From Gemmatimonas sp. (GTDB lineage Bacteria > Gemmatimonadota > Gemmatimonadetes > Gemmatimonadales > Gemmatimonadaceae): a DNA stretch of 64,000 nucleotides. The first letter of the stretch is position 1; every line of letters starts with the position of its first letter. A program made the position numbers and the translations under genes. Positions 18,970-28,661 of this stretch are shown here, one piece after another. The notes beneath the pieces are model-generated. The model was not told the origin of the DNA. It worked only from the letters and a program-made list of their open reading frames with translations, and did not search any database. The stretch is taken from the NCBI GenBank assembly GCA_965279375.1, contig OZ257156.1, positions 1,280,001 to 1,344,000 of the forward strand, given 5' to 3'.

Positions 18970-19509
18970 TTGGATATCGCATTCGGTACGCGTGATGAGA
19001 TTCGACAGACCGTGGCGACTGGAATCGCAGCGGAGTACGATCGCGTCGAGTCGGTGTGGCGAGCGCTGGAATCGAAGGCCCAGGGTACGATCGCCGTGGC
19101 AGGAGTCTTCGCCGGCTTCGCACTGAACTTCTCCAAGGACATTCCAAAACTTGTTCATCCGGCAGTCAAGCTCACCACTATCGCTACGGTTATCCTCATT
19201 GCCTTAAGCATCTTGTACTCCGCTCTCGCGCTTCGTGTCCGTGGAATGGCGCGTCCTCCATCGGGAATGTATCTCCGCAAGCTCGCTGAGGATTTCGCGC
19301 TATTGGAGTCGGAGCAAGAGCGATGTGAGTATCGACCCGTGCTTCAGAAGATGATCATAGATGAATGGAGTAAAGCTGCCTCGGAGCTCCAGGCCGCCAG
19401 CACGGCGAAGGCCGACTATATCTCGTCCTCGCAAGGACTCCTGTTGTTCGCCATCCTATCCGCTGCCATATTGGCGATGGCATCCGCAACGCTCTCGCCC
19501 ACACCGTAG
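18970..19509 (+). CDS. 3-TM membrane protein, Pycsar-effector-like topology
   Basis: GGAG RBS + TTG; ESKA-TM-TM-loop-K-TM layout. Confidence 0.7.
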   Translation: MDIAFGTRDEIRQTVATGIAAEYDRVESVWRALESKAQGTIAVAGVFAGFALNFSKDIPKLVHPAVKLTTIATVILIALSILYSALALRVRGMARPPSGMYLRKLAEDFALLESEQERCEYRPVLQKMIIDEWSKAASELQAASTAKADYISSSQGLLLFAILSAAILAMASATLSPTP

Positions 19510-19541
19510 ACCGTCGCCCTGTAACACGGAAGGTATGTCTC

Positions 19542-19715
19542 ATGAAATGCATTCAAAGCGGCTGTAAGAATTTGGCAGTCAGCGGAGCGTACTGCTCCGC
19601 ACATCTGCCGGCATCTGGCGAGCACACTCGCGCGAAACGAGAGCCGCTCATCGAGCGCTTCGAGAAGGAGAAGCAAGACCGCTCGGATCGCCAGAAGAAC
19701 CGTTCGGACTGGTAG
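19542..19715 (+). CDS. 57-aa putative CCCH zinc-finger microprotein
   Basis: Hand translation MKCIQSGCKNLAVSGAYCSAH...; GGAAGG RBS; below ORF-track cutoff. Confidence 0.65.
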   Translation: MKCIQSGCKNLAVSGAYCSAHLPASGEHTRAKREPLIERFEKEKQDRSDRQKNRSDW

Positions 19716-19784
19716 CGCCTCTGGAGTGCCCGTGATCGCAGAGCTCGTGAGCGAACTGTGCGATATCATTCTGCGGGGAGAGCC

Positions 19785-19895
19785 ACCTAACCTTGCGTTG
19801 CGCTTGACAGGGCCGCGACGGATGGCGGCCTGTTCGCTGGCGCTCACTGGCCGCAATTTATGGAAGGGCCCTGCAAGCGAACGCGCTCGTTAGGT
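19785..19895 (+). repeat. attC family A
   Basis: ACCTAAC...GTTAGGT. Confidence 0.92.
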
Positions 19896-19995
19896 GGCTC
19901 CACGACGGGCGCGATGGCCCCAGCCAGCGCGATGGCGCCGATCGCGCTGCCGGCGCGTTAGCGTGCCAGTGACGGCCCGCGTACATTTGCGTGCT

Positions 19996-20727
19996 ATGAC
20001 GCCACGCCGATACGGGGACGAGGAGGTGCGCGAGATTTTCCGTCTCGTGACGACCGGCGATCCGAGTGACCCGTCGCTCCCCCGCGACACGGACGGGCTG
20101 AGCCTTGAGGAGCTCCAGCGCATCGGCCAAGAGATCGGCATCGCGCCCGCGCTCGTCGCGCACGCCGCGGCGACGCTCGAGGCACGCGGGCACCCGTCAG
20201 CGGTCCGACGGGCCCTGGGGTTGCCGATCGGTCTGTCGCGCGTGGTGGCGCTGCCACGCGCACCAACGGAACGGGAGTGGGAGCAGTGGATCACGTACTG
20301 CCGGACCACGTTTGGCGTGCAGGGCGTCGCGACCGCGTCCGGCGGGCTGCGCACTTGGTCGCACGGCAACCTGCATGTCGCCGTGGAGCCGACCGCGCAG
20401 GGGGAGCAGCTCCGGCTCAGCGCGCAGAACGACGCCGCCGTCGCGCTGAACGCGCTCGGCATCTTGCTTGGCGGGATGTCGCTGCTGATGAGTGCCGTGG
20501 TCGCCGCCGCTGGCAAGCCCGACAAGGCGCTCGCGGTCCTCGGCCTGTTCGGCGGCATCGCGGTGACGGCCGTCGCGACGAATGTGCTGCGCGCGCCCCG
20601 GTGGGCGCGTGACCGTGAGCGCCAGCTGACGGCCGTGGCGACCCACGCGGTGGAAATGCTGGCGACGGGCGACGCGGCGTCGCCACCCAGCGCGAGGGGC
20701 CCCGATGACTTCGGGGTCGCCACCTAA
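19996..20727 (+). CDS. Hypothetical membrane protein
   Basis: RRY.DEEV..IF...GLSLEELQ.IG.E.GI N-terminus, two C-terminal TMs; stop in attC. Confidence 0.8.
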   Translation: MTPRRYGDEEVREIFRLVTTGDPSDPSLPRDTDGLSLEELQRIGQEIGIAPALVAHAAATLEARGHPSAVRRALGLPIGLSRVVALPRAPTEREWEQWITYCRTTFGVQGVATASGGLRTWSHGNLHVAVEPTAQGEQLRLSAQNDAAVALNALGILLGGMSLLMSAVVAAAGKPDKALAVLGLFGGIAVTAVATNVLRAPRWARDRERQLTAVATHAVEMLATGDAASPPSARGPDDFGVAT

Positions 20728-20832
20728 CCTTGCGTTGCGCCTGACAGGGCCGCGAAGGATGGCGGCCTGTTCGCTGGCGCTCACTGGCCGCAATTTATAG
20801 TAGGGCCCTGCAAGCGAACGCGCTCGTTAGGT
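20722..20832 (+). repeat. attC family A
   Basis: ACCTAAC...GTTAGGT. Confidence 0.92.
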
Positions 20833-20860
20833 CGCAACTTCTCTCTATATGCCGCCGTGC

Positions 20861-21967
20861 CTAGCCTTCTTTTCGCTTGCCATATGCGGTGATCCATTCT
20901 AGAATCGCGGTACGATCCTTCAACTCTAGATCATACCGTGCTGCTTTGAAGGCGTGGGCTCCGGCTGTGAAATTGGACGTGGTCGCGAGCAGAGCGCCGC
21001 CGACTCGGAGATCTGTCTTCACAGCATAGAGTGAGCGTACTACCTCAATCCCCACTGGCCGATCCGCTCGCCACCGTTTGCACTCGACAATCCAAGTGCT
21101 GCGAATGCCTAGAGCATCCGTATAGGCAGCAAATATGTCGTAGCCCCCGTCCTTCGTCTGACGGGTCAGCTCCACATTCCATCCGTTCGCAAAGAGAAGA
21201 TCGCTAACCAGCCGCTCGAAGTCGCGCCAATGAATGTTTCCGAGCTTATGGGGGTGCGCTGCGAAATAGGAGAGCAGACCTCGGTTAAGGGATATCAATA
21301 CCGGCGACGATTCGACAGATGACTCGAATACTTGTTGCAATGCTCTGATTCGCGGGATCGCGGTGGCAAATGCCTCTCGCTCCTCTGCAAGAAGATCATC
21401 GCGATGCCAATAGGCGAAGGCGAAGTCGATGTAGTCCGCCACGGCCTTTTGACTGTCGTCATCGACGGCGTGAAGACCATCGGCAAATGCAAGCTCCAGC
21501 GGGCTATTTTCGGTCTCTTCCCAGCTGTAGCTGGCTATAGCGTGTGTGAATCCTACAAGCCGAGCACCAGTAAATTGCGCATCGTGAGCGCTACGCACGT
21601 CCAGCGATGCTCCGCTAAAATCTGCCTGGCTAAAGTTGCCACCGTGCATCCAAGCGCGATGAAACTCGCATCCGACAAACTTCGCTCCGCTCGCGTCCGC
21701 ACGTTGCCAGCTGCTTTTCGAGAGTTTACAGTGAGAAAAGTTGGCGCCGCGGGCGTCGGCATCTCGGAGGTCAGCAAGTACAAGGTTTGCATTTGCGAAG
21801 TCCGTTTCTCGAAGATTGGCATACCGGAGATTCGCCCTGAAGTACAGATCAAGACATCTCAAATCGGCCCCCGAAAGATCAGGTCGTGTCAACGGATTCT
21901 GACTGCGCCATTTGTTCCACTGCTCTACCCCGCGCTTTATTTCAGTTACGTGCTCATCGTTTGCCAT
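20861..21967 (-). CDS. Pentapeptide-repeat + Mrr-type restriction endonuclease fusion (inverted)
   Basis: WNKWR...DLSGADL/ANL repeats; FE.LV..L...DGGYD...VECKR...TTS.FT. Confidence 0.88.
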   Translation of the reverse strand: MANDEHVTEIKRGVEQWNKWRSQNPLTRPDLSGADLRCLDLYFRANLRYANLRETDFANANLVLADLRDADARGANFSHCKLSKSSWQRADASGAKFVGCEFHRAWMHGGNFSQADFSGASLDVRSAHDAQFTGARLVGFTHAIASYSWEETENSPLELAFADGLHAVDDDSQKAVADYIDFAFAYWHRDDLLAEEREAFATAIPRIRALQQVFESSVESSPVLISLNRGLLSYFAAHPHKLGNIHWRDFERLVSDLLFANGWNVELTRQTKDGGYDIFAAYTDALGIRSTWIVECKRWRADRPVGIEVVRSLYAVKTDLRVGGALLATTSNFTAGAHAFKAARYDLELKDRTAILEWITAYGKRKEG

Positions 21968-22146
21968 TTCGGTGGGCCTCGCGAAGGTTGGAGCAAAATG
22001 ACGCGCGCGCTTTGGCCGTACTTCTGCACCTTGCAGTACTAACGGGTACCCGAGGCTTCGGCTACGATGACACAAGTACGCCTATTCGGACAGTTCTCGC
22101 ATAGACGAGCTTGGGGAATCGCGGATCTGAACTGTCCGCGCCTGCG

Positions 22147-22242
22147 GCATAACGTGCGTTGCAGCAGACAGCGCGGCTATTGATCGAGCGCGCTCCGCGC
22201 GCTTTTTATTGAGTGCCCCGCAGCTAAACATGGGCGTTAGGT
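22147..22242 (+). repeat. attC, divergent short singleton (96 bp)
   Basis: GCATAAC...gagcgcgctccgcgcgct...GTTAGGT. Confidence 0.75.
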
Positions 22243-22319
22243 CGCAGCACTAACCCTGTTGACTAGTCCACGCCGCAATTGTGCGTCTTTGACCAACCGT
22301 CCAACGTATCGAAAGGCCA

Positions 22320-23159
22320 ATGAGCGAACAGGCAAGAGTCTTCCTCAGCTACTCAGTCAGCGATCGCTTGTACGCCGAACTGATATTTGAAGAGCTGCAG
22401 AGCAGTAGTACCCCGGTATTCATTGATCGAGTCAATCTCGGACAAGGGGAACAGCTCTTGTCGGCGATGCGATCGCAAATCGCTGCCTCCGACTTCCTCG
22501 TACTGCTGTTATCGCCCGACGCGTTGGAATCGGCGGTGGTGCGGCGTGAGCTTGAGTATGCCCTGTCGACCGATCTTCGGCAAAGATCTATCACGGTCGT
22601 TCCGATAAAGGTGAAGCCGTGTGAAGTGCCCGCCTACATGGAGCAATGGACGGTCCTTGATGCTACGCGCGATCTCAATCGAGGGATCAAGCGCCTATCT
22701 CAACTACTCAAGGCCGCGCCGAAAGTCCAACTCGACTCTCTAAGTCCGCAGCGGTTCGAGGAGTTGGTCGGAGAACTGCTCCGTTCCTACGGATTTCGAA
22801 ATGTTGAGACGGCGCGTCCGTCGATGGACTTTGGGTACGACTTTTCGGCGCAAAGTGTTCAGCATGATCCATTTGGCCGCCCTGAAGTGGTGGAGTGGAT
22901 TATCCAAGTAAAGTCATCTCGGCTCCAAACTGACACTAGCACGCTACGTGCGTTCCTTGGGGCGCTGAGCTTGCGGAACGAGCGAGGCCTGTTCGTTACC
23001 TCTTCACAGCTGACATCGCCGGCGAAGAGCTGGCTAGACTATGCGACCAAGCCGGGCGCCCCGAGGATCAGCTTTCTCGAGGGCACTGACGTTCGACGCT
23101 TGGTAATGGCAAAACCTCGCCTCATCAAAAGTTTTTTCGGCGGCAAGGGGGCAAAGTAA
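22320..23159 (+). CDS. TIR domain + Mrr-type restriction endonuclease
   Basis: VFLSYS..D...VFID...SP....S..V..EL..A; FEELV..LL...D.GYD...IQVK...VTSS. Confidence 0.88.
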   Translation: MSEQARVFLSYSVSDRLYAELIFEELQSSSTPVFIDRVNLGQGEQLLSAMRSQIAASDFLVLLLSPDALESAVVRRELEYALSTDLRQRSITVVPIKVKPCEVPAYMEQWTVLDATRDLNRGIKRLSQLLKAAPKVQLDSLSPQRFEELVGELLRSYGFRNVETARPSMDFGYDFSAQSVQHDPFGRPEVVEWIIQVKSSRLQTDTSTLRAFLGALSLRNERGLFVTSSQLTSPAKSWLDYATKPGAPRISFLEGTDVRRLVMAKPRLIKSFFGGKGAK

Positions 23160-23696
23160 ATGCCCACGATTGCCGATTTGCTTGGTCAGCTCGACGCGTG
23201 TCCGACAGGCACCGCGGGTTGGCGGGAGTACGAACAGGTCGCCACCAGCATCCTCACGCTCCTCTTTGTGCCGCCGCTGTCTGGTCCGACTGAACAAGCG
23301 CGCTCATTCTCGGGCATCGATCGGCGCGATGCGATCTTCGGAAACCGAAACATGACTCCAGACTCAGTCTGGGGGCAGCTTCGTATAGAGCTCGATGCAC
23401 GGATGCCTTTATTCGAGTTCAAGAACTTCGAAGATGAGGTCGGAAAGGACGAAGTGGACCAGACTAGGAACTATCTTACAAACCCCATTGGACGGTTCGC
23501 CGTAATCTGCAGCAGAAATCCTCCCTCGCATCAAGCCAAGCTGCGTCGCAACCATGCTTACACACAGGAGAAGAAGGTTATCCTGTTCGTGTCTGATGAG
23601 GACCTTCGCGAAATGCTACGCATGAAGGATGCGGGGTCAGATCCTGCCCTATTTTTAATGGATCTGGTAGAGCTATTCTACATCCAGCATGAATAG
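23160..23696 (+). CDS. Putative PD-(D/E)XK nuclease-like protein
   Basis: YE...RRDAIF...FEFKN...Q..NY; start directly follows upstream stop. Confidence 0.75.
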   Translation: MPTIADLLGQLDACPTGTAGWREYEQVATSILTLLFVPPLSGPTEQARSFSGIDRRDAIFGNRNMTPDSVWGQLRIELDARMPLFEFKNFEDEVGKDEVDQTRNYLTNPIGRFAVICSRNPPSHQAKLRRNHAYTQEKKVILFVSDEDLREMLRMKDAGSDPALFLMDLVELFYIQHE

Positions 23697-23715
23697 ATTC
23701 GTGTGGTAGCTTGCG

Positions 23716-23826
23716 ACCTAACCTTGCGTTGCTATTGACAGCGGCCATAAGGTGGCGCCTATTCCTCGCTGCGCTCGGCCGGCGCACCTTATTGGAGGCC
23801 GCTGCAATAGAACGCGAGCGTTAGGC
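23716..23826 (+). repeat. attC family A (variant)
   Basis: ACCTAAC...GTTAGGC. Confidence 0.9.
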
Positions 23827-24074
23827 GGCTCGCGCATACCTTGAGCGACGCATAGCAATTGTCACTCTGCAATGCCAAGCGTTCAGCGAAGCGACGGCCA
23901 GACTACCCACGCCTTAGCGTCTCGGAGCCGGTCGCTCACAGAATGGCACCGCCATGCGTGCTTTGCGGCGATCACGCGAAGTACCTACCTTATGCCAAGA
24001 GCTCATGGTAAGCGACACCGTGCCAGCAACTGCTTCTGCCCTTTAGCGGAAGGTCTCATTGTCCCACGCGAAGA

Positions 24075-24956
24075 ATGACAATCTTTGAACAGCTAGTTGA
24101 GGCATTTAGCGGTAGCGGCGATCGGTTGATGACGACCGCAGCGATTAAGGCAGCACTCGTGGAAAGGTACGGGGCGAATCCGACGAGCATTTTCCCATCC
24201 GACTATTGCTACAATCGCTGGAATCTGGGTGCGTCGAGGCGCACCCCTATTTTCGTTCGTATCGGCTCAGCGGAGTATCGGTACGTTGGACCGGAGCATC
24301 CCTTCACCGGGCTTGTATTCTGGCGCCCCAAGGGCGCAGACGCCGATCAAGTAATCGGAGAGCGAGTCAACGGGATACTGCGACTCTTTGATGCCCCCGA
24401 CGCTTCGGTCGCCTCCGCTGAGGACGCACAGGAGGTATCGAACCCTGTAGGAGGAAGCACGCCTGCTCCACTGCCAACTCCGGCAGCGAAGGAATCCGCT
24501 CAGCGCTCTCGAAACCGTGCAGAGGCGATTCCTCTCAGTCCTGCGCAGCTAGATCGACTGTACGAGGAGTACATGGAGATTCTAGCCCTTGAGATCGGAG
24601 AGTTCGGCTGCAAGGCCACGGAGACTCGCCACCTGATTGGCAGGCTTGGAGAGTTCTACTGTGCACGTAGGACGGGCGGGCAGCTTGCGCGCCGTGTGAA
24701 CCAGGAGGGATTCGACGTCGTAGGCGAGAACGGAAAGCGGATAAGTGTGAAAACAACGGCGCAGCGTACAGGCTTCGTCTCGCTAAACTGCAAGACCGTG
24801 CATCTGGCAGACGAGCTGATGATGCTGCGATACGAAGACGGGGCGTTTGAAGTTGTGTACTTCGGTGAGATCGCCAAGGCAATCGAGGTCGCACGAGAGT
24901 GGAACGGAAGGTACGAGCTCGACATTTCGAAGGCTCAGAGGCTCGCTAAGGGCTGA
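24075..24956 (+). CDS. Two-domain protein with C-terminal PD-(D/E)XK-like domain
   Basis: PSDYCYNRWN N-domain; Pro/Ala linker; GRLGE...GFDV...ISVKTT. Confidence 0.75.
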   Translation: MTIFEQLVEAFSGSGDRLMTTAAIKAALVERYGANPTSIFPSDYCYNRWNLGASRRTPIFVRIGSAEYRYVGPEHPFTGLVFWRPKGADADQVIGERVNGILRLFDAPDASVASAEDAQEVSNPVGGSTPAPLPTPAAKESAQRSRNRAEAIPLSPAQLDRLYEEYMEILALEIGEFGCKATETRHLIGRLGEFYCARRTGGQLARRVNQEGFDVVGENGKRISVKTTAQRTGFVSLNCKTVHLADELMMLRYEDGAFEVVYFGEIAKAIEVAREWNGRYELDISKAQRLAKG

Positions 24957-25026
24957 CATGGCGCGCGCTCTGACCGCCCCAACACCTCTGTCGTCCGGCT
25001 AGGTCTCCCGTCGCAGATCGATCGCC

Positions 25027-25136
25027 GCCTAACCTTGCGTTGCGGCAGACAGGGCCTTCACGGATTGCTCCCTGTTCGCTGCGCTCACTGGTCGCATCCT
25101 GTTGAAGGGCCCTGCTGCCGAACGCGATCGTTAGAC
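25027..25136 (+). repeat. attC family A
   Basis: GCCTAAC...GTTAGAC. Confidence 0.92.
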
Positions 25137-25226
25137 CGCTTGGCAGGCCTCGCGCCCCTTTAGATCGTGGGGCGTCTCCGTGCCCTGAGCCGGTGGACGA
25201 TGACGGGCGCGCCGGACCGGTCGCCC

Positions 25227-25255
25227 TTGCGCCGGTGTATATACGTTTGTAGTCT
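25227..25255 (+). promoter_or_regulatory. Putative promoter of brnTA
   Basis: TTGCGC-17-TAGTCT, 6 nt before GTG. Confidence 0.6.
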
Positions 25256-25261
25256 TCGTGG

Positions 25262-25576
25262 GTGACCTTTGATTGGGATCCCGCGAAGAGCGACCAGAAC
25301 CTCGCCGAGCGTGGCTTCGACTTTGCGTTCGCTGCACTGATCTTCGCGCAGCCGTACGTGGAGTTCGATGATGCCCGTCGTGACTATGGCGAGCGGCGCC
25401 TCGTCGCGCTCGGGCGGGCCGATGGGATTCCACTCACGGTCGTCTTCACCGATCGCCTGTCCCCAACCGGGACCGTCGTCCGCCGCGTGATCAGTGCGCG
25501 GCTCAGCAACCGCAAGGAGCGTCGCCGTTATGCCGAAAGCCTCGAAGCCATCGCCCCGGAAGACGAGCGCCCGTAA
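25262..25576 (+). CDS. brnT: BrnT-family toxin
   Basis: FDWDPAKS..N...RG.DF...DYGE.R...RVISAR..NRKERR. Confidence 0.93.
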   Translation: MTFDWDPAKSDQNLAERGFDFAFAALIFAQPYVEFDDARRDYGERRLVALGRADGIPLTVVFTDRLSPTGTVVRRVISARLSNRKERRRYAESLEAIAPEDERP

Positions 25577-25889
25577 GCGCTCGGCTGTGCCCATCGTGCC
25601 GACGCAGGGGCGCGCGGATCTTGCGCGGCTGCGTCGCACGACGGATGCCGAGATTGCGCGGACCGCGCCGGACGAGTTGCGCGATCTGCCGGACGATTTC
25701 TGGCAGGGCGCGCGGGTCGTCACGCCCGTCGCGAAGGAGGCGATCTCCATTCGCTTGGATCACGATGTGATTGCGTGGTTCCGGGCGAGTGGACCGCGGT
25801 ATCAGTCGCGCATCAACGCGGTGCTGCGCAGCTACGTCGAACAGGTGGCCGCGCCGGTTCCCACCGCGAAGCGGAAGCGGGCGGTCTAA
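25530..25889 (+). CDS. brnA: BrnA-family antitoxin
   Basis: K..ISIRLD.DV..WFR..G..YQSRINAVLR. Confidence 0.93.
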   Translation: MPKASKPSPRKTSARKRSAVPIVPTQGRADLARLRRTTDAEIARTAPDELRDLPDDFWQGARVVTPVAKEAISIRLDHDVIAWFRASGPRYQSRINAVLRSYVEQVAAPVPTAKRKRAV

Positions 25890-25993
25890 CATAGCATTGC
25901 TGCAGACAGGGCCTGCACGGAGTGCGCCCCGTTCGCTGCGCTCACTGGTCGCATCCTATTGCAGGGCCCTGCTGCAGAATGCAATCGTTAGGC
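25884..25993 (+). repeat. attC family A
   Basis: GTCTAAC...GTTAGGC. Confidence 0.92.
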
Positions 25994-26079
25994 GCCACTC
26001 CACCCTTCGTGGCTCCTGCTTCGAACGTAGATGCTCCGGTCGTCGTACGCGCTGCGATTTCACGCCAGCCAGAGATCCG

Positions 26080-26868
26080 ATGTCCGCTACGCCAACCGGT
26101 TCTCAGGCCGCGATCCCGGCGCCGCCCACCACGACGCGGCCGACGGGGCGCGACGCGCACTATCTGTGGACCACGCTCGCCCTCGCGCTCGCGACCTTCG
26201 GCGGCTTCTGGTTCACGTACTTCGGCCCGCGCCTTGAGGGGACGTATCCGACGACCGCGGTCGCCGTGCATGTCCACGGCTGGAGCTTCTTCGGCTGGTA
26301 TCTGCTGCTGCCGCTCCAGGCCGCGTTCATGCACACGCGGCGGGTGCAGCTGCATCGCACCCTCGGGTGGGCGAGCGTCGGGCTCGCGACCCTGATGGTC
26401 ACCACGGGGCTCCTCGTCATCGGGGTGCAAATGCAGGCGGCGGCGTCGGCGGCGGAGCCCACGTTCTTCGCGCTCTTTGGCCCGATGATCTTCGCCACGC
26501 TCCTGCTGTTCGCCGGGTTCTACGGGGCGGCGCTGCGGCTGCGGCGCAACGGGGCCTACCATAAACGCTTCATGCTGGTCGCCAGCGCCGCGGGCATGGG
26601 CGCCGCGATGTTTCGCTTGGTCGGCGCGCTGGTCGGCCAAGTCCTCTGGGCTGCGCCGGTCGGGATCCTCGCGACGAACCTGTTCCTGGTCTGGGGCATC
26701 GCCCACGATTATCGCCGCGACCAGCGCGTGCACCCGGCGTATCAGATCGGGTTCGCGGTCTGTATCGCGCTAGAAGCGGGGGCGTGGTTGCTGACGCCGA
26801 CGCCGGTCGGCGCGGCGCTCGCGCGGGCCTTGGCGTGGGTGGGGCGCATCGGCGCGGGCTGGTACTAG
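26080..26868 (+). CDS. Polytopic membrane protein with His motifs
   Basis: About 7 TMs; HVHG, LHR.LG, HKRFML, VHP. Confidence 0.82.
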   Translation: MSATPTGSQAAIPAPPTTTRPTGRDAHYLWTTLALALATFGGFWFTYFGPRLEGTYPTTAVAVHVHGWSFFGWYLLLPLQAAFMHTRRVQLHRTLGWASVGLATLMVTTGLLVIGVQMQAAASAAEPTFFALFGPMIFATLLLFAGFYGAALRLRRNGAYHKRFMLVASAAGMGAAMFRLVGALVGQVLWAAPVGILATNLFLVWGIAHDYRRDQRVHPAYQIGFAVCIALEAGAWLLTPTPVGAALARALAWVGRIGAGWY

Positions 26869-26949
26869 GGTCGCGACACCGCCCGCGTGCGCCGGCCGCG
26901 CGCGGACTATCAACACCCCCGCGTGGTGGGAGCGTGTCCTAGTCGTGGC

Positions 26950-27060
26950 GCCTAACCTTGCGTTGCGCATGACAGGGCCGCGTCGGATGGCGGCCTGTTC
27001 GCTGGCGCTCACTGGCCGCAATTTATGGAAGGGCCCTGCAAGCGAACGCGCTCGTTAGCT
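26950..27060 (+). repeat. attC family A
   Basis: GCCTAAC...GTTAGCT. Confidence 0.92.
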
Positions 27061-27086
27061 AGCACATCAACTTTCAGGTTTTGCGA

Positions 27087-27797
27087 GTGTTGCCTTCAGC
27101 CATCGAGACTACGTTTCAACAGGACGGCTACATCATCACACCGGATGCAGTCGCGCCGGGAGATATCGATTCGCTGATCGAGGCGATCGGGCCGATGGCC
27201 GCCGCGCTTGGGGGTTCACGCGGTGGTATCCGCCACCTTCTACGCGACGCGCCCGCAGTTCAAGAACTTGCCCGCCATCTGACGGTCCGCGCCATCGCGG
27301 AAGCGGCCGTCGGCCCCGGCGCGATCGCCGTTCGCGGCATCCTCTTCGATAAGACGCCAGGCGCAAACTGGAAGGTCATCTGGCATCAAGACCTGACGAT
27401 CGCCACCCAGGCACGCGCCGACGTTGACGGGTTTGGTCCGTGGACCGAGAAGCAAGGGATACCCCATGTACAGCCGCCGGTGGACCTCCTCCGCGAGATG
27501 GTCGCGGTGCGCGTTCATCTCGACGACTGCACGACCGAAAACGGGCCGGTCCGGGTCATTCTAGGGTCACATCGTCGAGGCAGGCTCACGGCGGCCGAGA
27601 CGGATCAGATCAGGAAGGAGGGACCCGAGGTCGTCTGCACGGTGCCGCGAGGCGGCATTCTCGCCTTCCACTCGCTCTTGCTTCATGCATCATCTCAGGC
27701 GCTGCTCCCTCAACATCGGAGAGTGGTCCACTTGGAGTATGTCGCCCGCCGTTGGGCGAACCTGCCGGGCGGTCTCGCTTGGCACGAGCGGTACTAG
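27087..27797 (+). CDS. PhyH-family dioxygenase (copy 2)
   Basis: Paralog of 17971..18681. Confidence 0.9.
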   Translation: MLPSAIETTFQQDGYIITPDAVAPGDIDSLIEAIGPMAAALGGSRGGIRHLLRDAPAVQELARHLTVRAIAEAAVGPGAIAVRGILFDKTPGANWKVIWHQDLTIATQARADVDGFGPWTEKQGIPHVQPPVDLLREMVAVRVHLDDCTTENGPVRVILGSHRRGRLTAAETDQIRKEGPEVVCTVPRGGILAFHSLLLHASSQALLPQHRRVVHLEYVARRWANLPGGLAWHERY

Positions 27798-27827
27798 ACC
27801 TCGCAGGGACAGTGGCTCGCGCGTGCT

Positions 27828-27938
27828 AGCTAACCTTGCGTTGCGCTTGACAGGGCCGATAAGGAGGGCGGCCTGTTCGCTGGCGCTCACTGGCCGCAAT
27901 TTATGGAAGGGCCCTGCAAGCGAACGCGCTCGTTAGAC
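27828..27938 (+). repeat. attC family A
   Basis: AGCTAAC...GTTAGAC. Confidence 0.92.
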
Positions 27939-28119
27939 CGCACTAGAGTCGACGTAACGACTATTGGCACGTGAGCAATTGACCAGATTCGGTCCGAGGC
28001 CCTTACCGATGAGAACCGAAGTCACCGTACGAGCTGCCGCTATTTCGCGCGGCATCATCCGCGAAGATGCTCCCCGCACCACCACATCACGGGGTGTCCC
28101 ACGCCGCGCGAGGTGGCAC

Positions 28120-28473
28120 ATGCTGGTGTGGCTGGCCTGCGCGAGCTGTTCGTCCTCCGGATCGACGGAGCCCACCCTGCCCGCGGTCCAGCGCATCGTC
28201 ATCGAGACCGGGATGTTGAGCGCTGTCGAGATGCCGCTGCGCGGTCGGACGCAGGTCGTGGTCTTCGCGCGGGCCGCCGATGGCACCATCGTGCGGGATG
28301 TGCCCGTCCCCGAATTGATCAGCCGCGATACCACGCGCTTCGTGGTCGAGCCCGGCTTGTGGGTCCGCTCAGTCGGCACGGGCGGCTCGACGACCCTCAT
28401 GGCGCGGTTGGTGCTCGGCGGGCGCACGTTCCTCGACAGTGCCCGCGTGGGGACGGTGATCCCGCTCAACTGA
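28120..28473 (+). CDS. Hypothetical lipoprotein, Ig-like
   Basis: ACASC-SS..STEP; beta-rich; start uncertain. Confidence 0.6.
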   Translation: MLVWLACASCSSSGSTEPTLPAVQRIVIETGMLSAVEMPLRGRTQVVVFARAADGTIVRDVPVPELISRDTTRFVVEPGLWVRSVGTGGSTTLMARLVLGGRTFLDSARVGTVIPLN

Positions 28474-28661
28474 GCGTGGCCGCTGGTCGGCGTCCGCTCG
28501 CACAGGAAGCACGGTGCCGCGTGGTGGACACGAGGCGTTCGTCCCGACGGGCGCGAGTGCGCACGAGGCACGGCCGGGCGCCGCCGGGGCCGCGCTGCCC
28601 GTGACGGTCGCGACGGCGCCGCGCCCGTGCTATCACCCCAATCCCGCCGGCCGCCCGTGCG

